Of a DNA stretch of 64,000 bases, positions 60,842-64,000 are shown one piece after another. Position 1 is the first letter of the stretch. Every line of letters starts with the position of its first letter. Below the pieces are notes generated by a model. It was not told where the DNA came from, did not search any database, and saw nothing but the letters and a program-made list of their open reading frames with translations. The translations under genes and the position numbers were made by a program. Source of the DNA: Thermoplasmata archaeon (GTDB taxonomy: Archaea; Thermoplasmatota; Thermoplasmata; Lutacidiplasmatales; UBA184); assembly GCA_027315165.1 (NCBI GenBank), contig DAHUYN010000007.1:10260-74259 (forward strand). The letters run 5' to 3'.

Positions 60842-61440
60842 GCACGCCCGTCGTGACGCCGAGGCCGCCGCCCGCGCCGACCGGCCCCGAGCTGCCGATG
60901 GCCTCGCAGCCGGCCGTGCCCTTCCTGGAGATCGAGACCCTTCGCGCGCGGGAGTTCCTCCCGGCGGCGAAGGAAGCGCTCTCGGCGATGGTCCAGGAGC
61001 AGGCCCAGGGCAAGCTGATCCGCCCGGTCTTCAACTGGGCGGGCCGCAACTCGCTCTTCCCGCTCCACTGGGGCCTGGCCTGCTGTGCGATCGAGTTCGC
61101 GGCCGCGTTCGGGGCGCGCTGGGACGCCGAGCGGTTCGGCGTGCTCCCGCGCTCCTCCCCGCGCCAGAGCGACCTCCTGATCGTCAACGGCACCGTCACC
61201 TGGAAGGTGGCGCACAAGCTGATCACGCTCTACGAGCAGATGCCGGAGCCGAAGTGGGTCATCGCGATGGGCAACTGCGCCACGGGCGGCGGCCCGTTCC
61301 GGACCGCCTACTCCGTCGTCCCGGGCGTTAACAAGCTCGTGCCCGTCGACGTCTACATCGCGGGGTGCCCTCCGCGCCCCGAGGCCCTGCTCGACGGGAT
61401 CCTGACGCTAGAGACGCTCATCCGGGAGCGCGGCGAGTAG
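60838..61440 (+). CDS. nuoB: NADH-quinone oxidoreductase subunit B (20 kDa, N2 cluster)
   Basis: GTG overlapping the nuoA stop. Conserved WGLACCAIE and GNCATGGG...IAGCPPRPE cysteine motifs. Confidence 0.9.
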   Translation: MSTPVVTPRPPPAPTGPELPMASQPAVPFLEIETLRAREFLPAAKEALSAMVQEQAQGKLIRPVFNWAGRNSLFPLHWGLACCAIEFAAAFGARWDAERFGVLPRSSPRQSDLLIVNGTVTWKVAHKLITLYEQMPEPKWVIAMGNCATGGGPFRTAYSVVPGVNKLVPVDVYIAGCPPRPEALLDGILTLETLIRERGE

Positions 61441-61471
61441 GCCCGAGGGCCTGAGCCATCGTGAGGGGCAG

Positions 61472-61948
61472 TTGAAGCCGGAGGAGTTGAAGGACAACCT
61501 GGCCGAGCTCCTCGGCCCGAGGCTCCTCGCGGTCGAGCCGTTCGCGGGGATGGCCGGCCGGGTCCGCTTCGAGCGGACCGCCGCGCTCGAGCTCTTCCGG
61601 CACGTCCGCGAGGTGCTCGGCTACCGGCATCTCTCGATGGTCGGCGGGATCGACTGGGTCGACCACCGGGAGGTCTTCTACGTCGCCTGGTCCGACGAGC
61701 GCAAGGAGTACGTCCTCCTGTCGACGGACGTCCCCGCCGACGACCCCCACCTCGAGAGCGCGGCCCCCGTGTGGACGGCCGCGGTCTGGCACGAGCGAGA
61801 GGCGTTCGAGCTCGTCGGGATCCTCTTCGACCACCACCCGGACCTGCGCCGGCTGCTCACCCCCGAGGGCTACGCGTTCCATCCGCTCCTCCGCTCGTTC
61901 AAGCTCCACGAGCCCGAGGACCTGGAGGTGAAGACCCGGAATGTCTGA
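61472..61948 (+). CDS. nuoC: NADH-quinone oxidoreductase subunit C (30 kDa)
   Basis: 158 aa with the NuoC signature region AAVWHEREAFELVGILF. Confidence 0.85.
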   Translation: MKPEELKDNLAELLGPRLLAVEPFAGMAGRVRFERTAALELFRHVREVLGYRHLSMVGGIDWVDHREVFYVAWSDERKEYVLLSTDVPADDPHLESAAPVWTAAVWHEREAFELVGILFDHHPDLRRLLTPEGYAFHPLLRSFKLHEPEDLEVKTRNV

Positions 61949-63086
61949 GATGTGGGTCAACATGGGGCCGCAGCACCCCATGACGCATGGGCTGTGGAAC
62001 CTCAAGGTCCGGATCGACGGGGAGATCATCGTCGACGCCGACCCCGAGATGGGCTACCTCCATCGCGGGATCGAGAAGATCAGCGAGGACCGCCACTACA
62101 ACGAGGTCGTCACGCTGATGGACCGGACCTGCTACGTCGCCGGCCTCAGCTGGGAGACGCTCTACATCACGGCCGCGGAGGCGGCGCTCCACATCGAGGT
62201 CCCCGAGCGGGCCCGGTGGATCCGGATGCTCACCGACGAGCTCCAGCGGATCGGCTCGCACGTGATGTGGTACGCCGCGTTCGTCCAGGACATCGGGCTG
62301 ATGACCCCGTTCCTCTACGGCATGCGGGACCGCGACCTGATCCTCGACCTCTTCCAGAGCTTCACCGGCGCGCGGATGACCTATGAGTACAACCGGGTCG
62401 GTGGGGTGCGGAACGACCTCCCCAACGGGTTCACGGACCGGGCACGCAAGGTGATGGACTGGCTGATGCCGCGGTTCGACGAGTACGACGCGCTCTGCCT
62501 CGGCTCGGACATCTTCCACCGCCGGTGCGACGACCTCGGCCGCCTCTCCGCGACCGAGTGCATCGACCTCGGGATCACCGGCCCGATGCTCCGCTCCGCG
62601 GGGCTCGCTCGCGACCTGCGCAAGGACCGGCCGTACCACCGCTACGACCAGGTCGACTTCGACGTCGCCACCGCGACCGCGGGCGACGTCACCGCGCGCT
62701 ACCTCGTCCGCATGGAGGAGCTTCGCCAGTCCGTGCGGATCGTCCGCCAGTGCCTCGACTGGCTCGACAAGCACCCGGGGTCGGTGCTCGCGCAGGAGCT
62801 TCCGCGATGGCTCGGGGCGCCCTACGCGCCGGTCGGCGCCGAGGGCTACCTCCTCAAGCGCCGGTATCCGAGCGGCACCGGGTTCTCGGCCGTCGAAGAG
62901 CCGCACGGCGAGGCGCAGGCCTACGTCGTCAACACCGGCGGGGAGCACCCGTACCGCGTGAAGTTCCGTTCGCCGGTCTTCGCGAACATGAGCGGCGCGA
63001 AGAGCTACCTCGTCGGCTACCACGTCGCCGACATCCCGCCGATCATGGGCAGCGTCGACATCTGCGTCGGGGAGGTCGACCGCTAG
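61941..63086 (+). CDS. nuoD: NADH-quinone oxidoreductase subunit D (49 kDa)
   Basis: 381 aa with the N-terminal NMGPQHPMTHG signature and a Ni-Fe hydrogenase large-subunit-like fold. Confidence 0.9.
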   Translation: MSEMWVNMGPQHPMTHGLWNLKVRIDGEIIVDADPEMGYLHRGIEKISEDRHYNEVVTLMDRTCYVAGLSWETLYITAAEAALHIEVPERARWIRMLTDELQRIGSHVMWYAAFVQDIGLMTPFLYGMRDRDLILDLFQSFTGARMTYEYNRVGGVRNDLPNGFTDRARKVMDWLMPRFDEYDALCLGSDIFHRRCDDLGRLSATECIDLGITGPMLRSAGLARDLRKDRPYHRYDQVDFDVATATAGDVTARYLVRMEELRQSVRIVRQCLDWLDKHPGSVLAQELPRWLGAPYAPVGAEGYLLKRRYPSGTGFSAVEEPHGEAQAYVVNTGGEHPYRVKFRSPVFANMSGAKSYLVGYHVADIPPIMGSVDICVGEVDR

Positions 63087-63090
63087 CGCG

Positions 63091-64000
63091 ATGGCGACGA
63101 CCCTCTATTCCGTCTCCGACGCCATCTCGAGCCTCCTCCTCGGCGCGGTCGGGTCGATCTTCCCCGAGCCCGTCCACGGTTGGCTCACCTCGACCGATGT
63201 CGTGACGGGGCTCGCGGTCCTGATCTTCTGCGCGATCCTCCTCGTGGCGAGCATGATCAACACGATCATGCTGATCTGGTTCGAGCGCAAGCTGTTGGGC
63301 CGGTTCATGGACCGGCGCGGCGCGATGCACGTCGGCTACGCGGGTCTCCTCCAGAACTTCGCGGACGGGCTCAAGCTGTTCCGCAAGAACACGTTCATGC
63401 CCCGGGAGGCCGACCGCCTGGGCTACTTCACGGGGCCGACCGCCTACATGGTCACCTCGATGATCCTCTTCGGGATCCTCCCCGTCTCCTCGGGGTGGAA
63501 CGGCGGCTCGCTTCCGCTGAGCCTCCTCCTCGCGCTCGCCGTCTTCTCCTTCGCGCCCCTGTTCATCTTCGTCAGCGCCTGGTCGAGCAACAACAAGTAC
63601 TCCCTGCTCGGCGGCATGCGATCGGCCGCCCAGATGATCGCCTACGAGGTCCCGATCCTCCTCGCGGTCGTCGCGGTCGTGATCCTCGCCGGGAGCTTCG
63701 ACCTCAACACGATCGTGCTCGAGCAGCAGAACTACTGGTTCTGGGGGCCGCTCGTCGTCGCGCTGTTCGTCTTCTTCGTCGGGATGCTCGCGGAGATGGA
63801 GCGCATCCCGTTCGACCTTCCCGAGGCCGAGGCGGAGCTCGTCGAGGGGTGGAACACCGAGTACGGCGGGATGCTGTTCGCCTTCTTCATGCTCGCCGAC
63901 TACGTCCGGGCCCTCATCGGCAGCCTCCTCGTCGTCCTCCTCTTCCTCGGGGGCTGGACGATGCCGAGCTACGTCCCCACCGCGCTCACGTCGTTCCCGC
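63091..64000 (+). CDS. nuoH: NADH-quinone oxidoreductase subunit H (ND1), 3'-truncated by the window end
   Basis: Polytopic membrane protein with the NuoH signatures MIWFERKLLGRFMDRRG and EAEAELVEGWNTEYGG. It continues beyond the window. Confidence 0.85.
   Translation, partial: MATTLYSVSDAISSLLLGAVGSIFPEPVHGWLTSTDVVTGLAVLIFCAILLVASMINTIMLIWFERKLLGRFMDRRGAMHVGYAGLLQNFADGLKLFRKNTFMPREADRLGYFTGPTAYMVTSMILFGILPVSSGWNGGSLPLSLLLALAVFSFAPLFIFVSAWSSNNKYSLLGGMRSAAQMIAYEVPILLAVVAVVILAGSFDLNTIVLEQQNYWFWGPLVVALFVFFVGMLAEMERIPFDLPEAEAELVEGWNTEYGGMLFAFFMLADYVRALIGSLLVVLLFLGGWTMPSYVPTALTSFP

Noticed and set aside
1-64000. CRISPR arrays, IS elements/transposases, integrases, tRNA or rRNA genes
   Set aside because: I found no direct-repeat/spacer periodicity, no terminal inverted repeats with transposase-like ORFs, and no intergenic segments long enough and cloverleaf-like for a tRNA. 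All larger intergenic gaps (23962..24084, 31092..31206, 40150..40480, 60330..60475) are promoter-like rather than RNA-gene-like.

Overview
This 64-kb window is about 70% GC and looks like an archaeal (euryarchaeal-type) chromosomal segment: it is densely coding on both strands with no obvious mobile elements, CRISPR arrays or rRNA/tRNA genes. The archaeal assignment rests on recognisable FEN-1, PriS primase small subunit, RIO1 kinase plus a KH protein, Kae1, archaeosine tRNA-guanine transglycosylase (ArcTGT), Taw1, archaeal Trm5, an ApgM-type phosphoglycerate mutase, a geranylgeranyl reductase, Sec61beta, class III (pilin-like) signal peptides, and an 11-subunit-type nuoABCD-H operon without nuoEFG. 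Because stop codons are rare at this GC content, almost every real gene is shadowed by long Arg/Pro/Gly-rich ORFs in other frames; I treat those as artefacts. Many genes appear leaderless: an A/T-rich TATA box sits about 22-30 nt upstream of the start codon, which is often GTG or TTG. The recognisable content includes copper export (a TRASH-domain protein plus CopA), a reverse-transsulfuration operon fused to cysS (CBS, cystathionine gamma-lyase, CysRS) with ahcY nearby, PEP synthase, FtcD, an FAH-family hydrolase, beta-oxidation-type enzymes, a stomatin/NfeD pair, the start of the nuo operon, and three very large N-glycosylation-rich surface proteins. The main candidates for new biology are four modules. 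The first is a compact three-gene unit: an RHH/coiled-coil protein, an FtsZ-like protein that keeps only the N-terminal GTP-binding domain, and a tiny 2-TM protein. The second is a cassette of a secreted WNG[ST]AW-repeat propeller protein, a PqqD-like peptide chaperone, a nucleotidyltransferase and a GT2 glycosyltransferase. The third is a pair of surface glycoproteins whose cytoplasmic tails carry zinc ribbons. The fourth is a long bactofilin-like beta-helix protein in an operon with a winged-helix regulator. Coordinates that I derived by hand (alternative starts and small ORFs) may be off by 1-2 nt.
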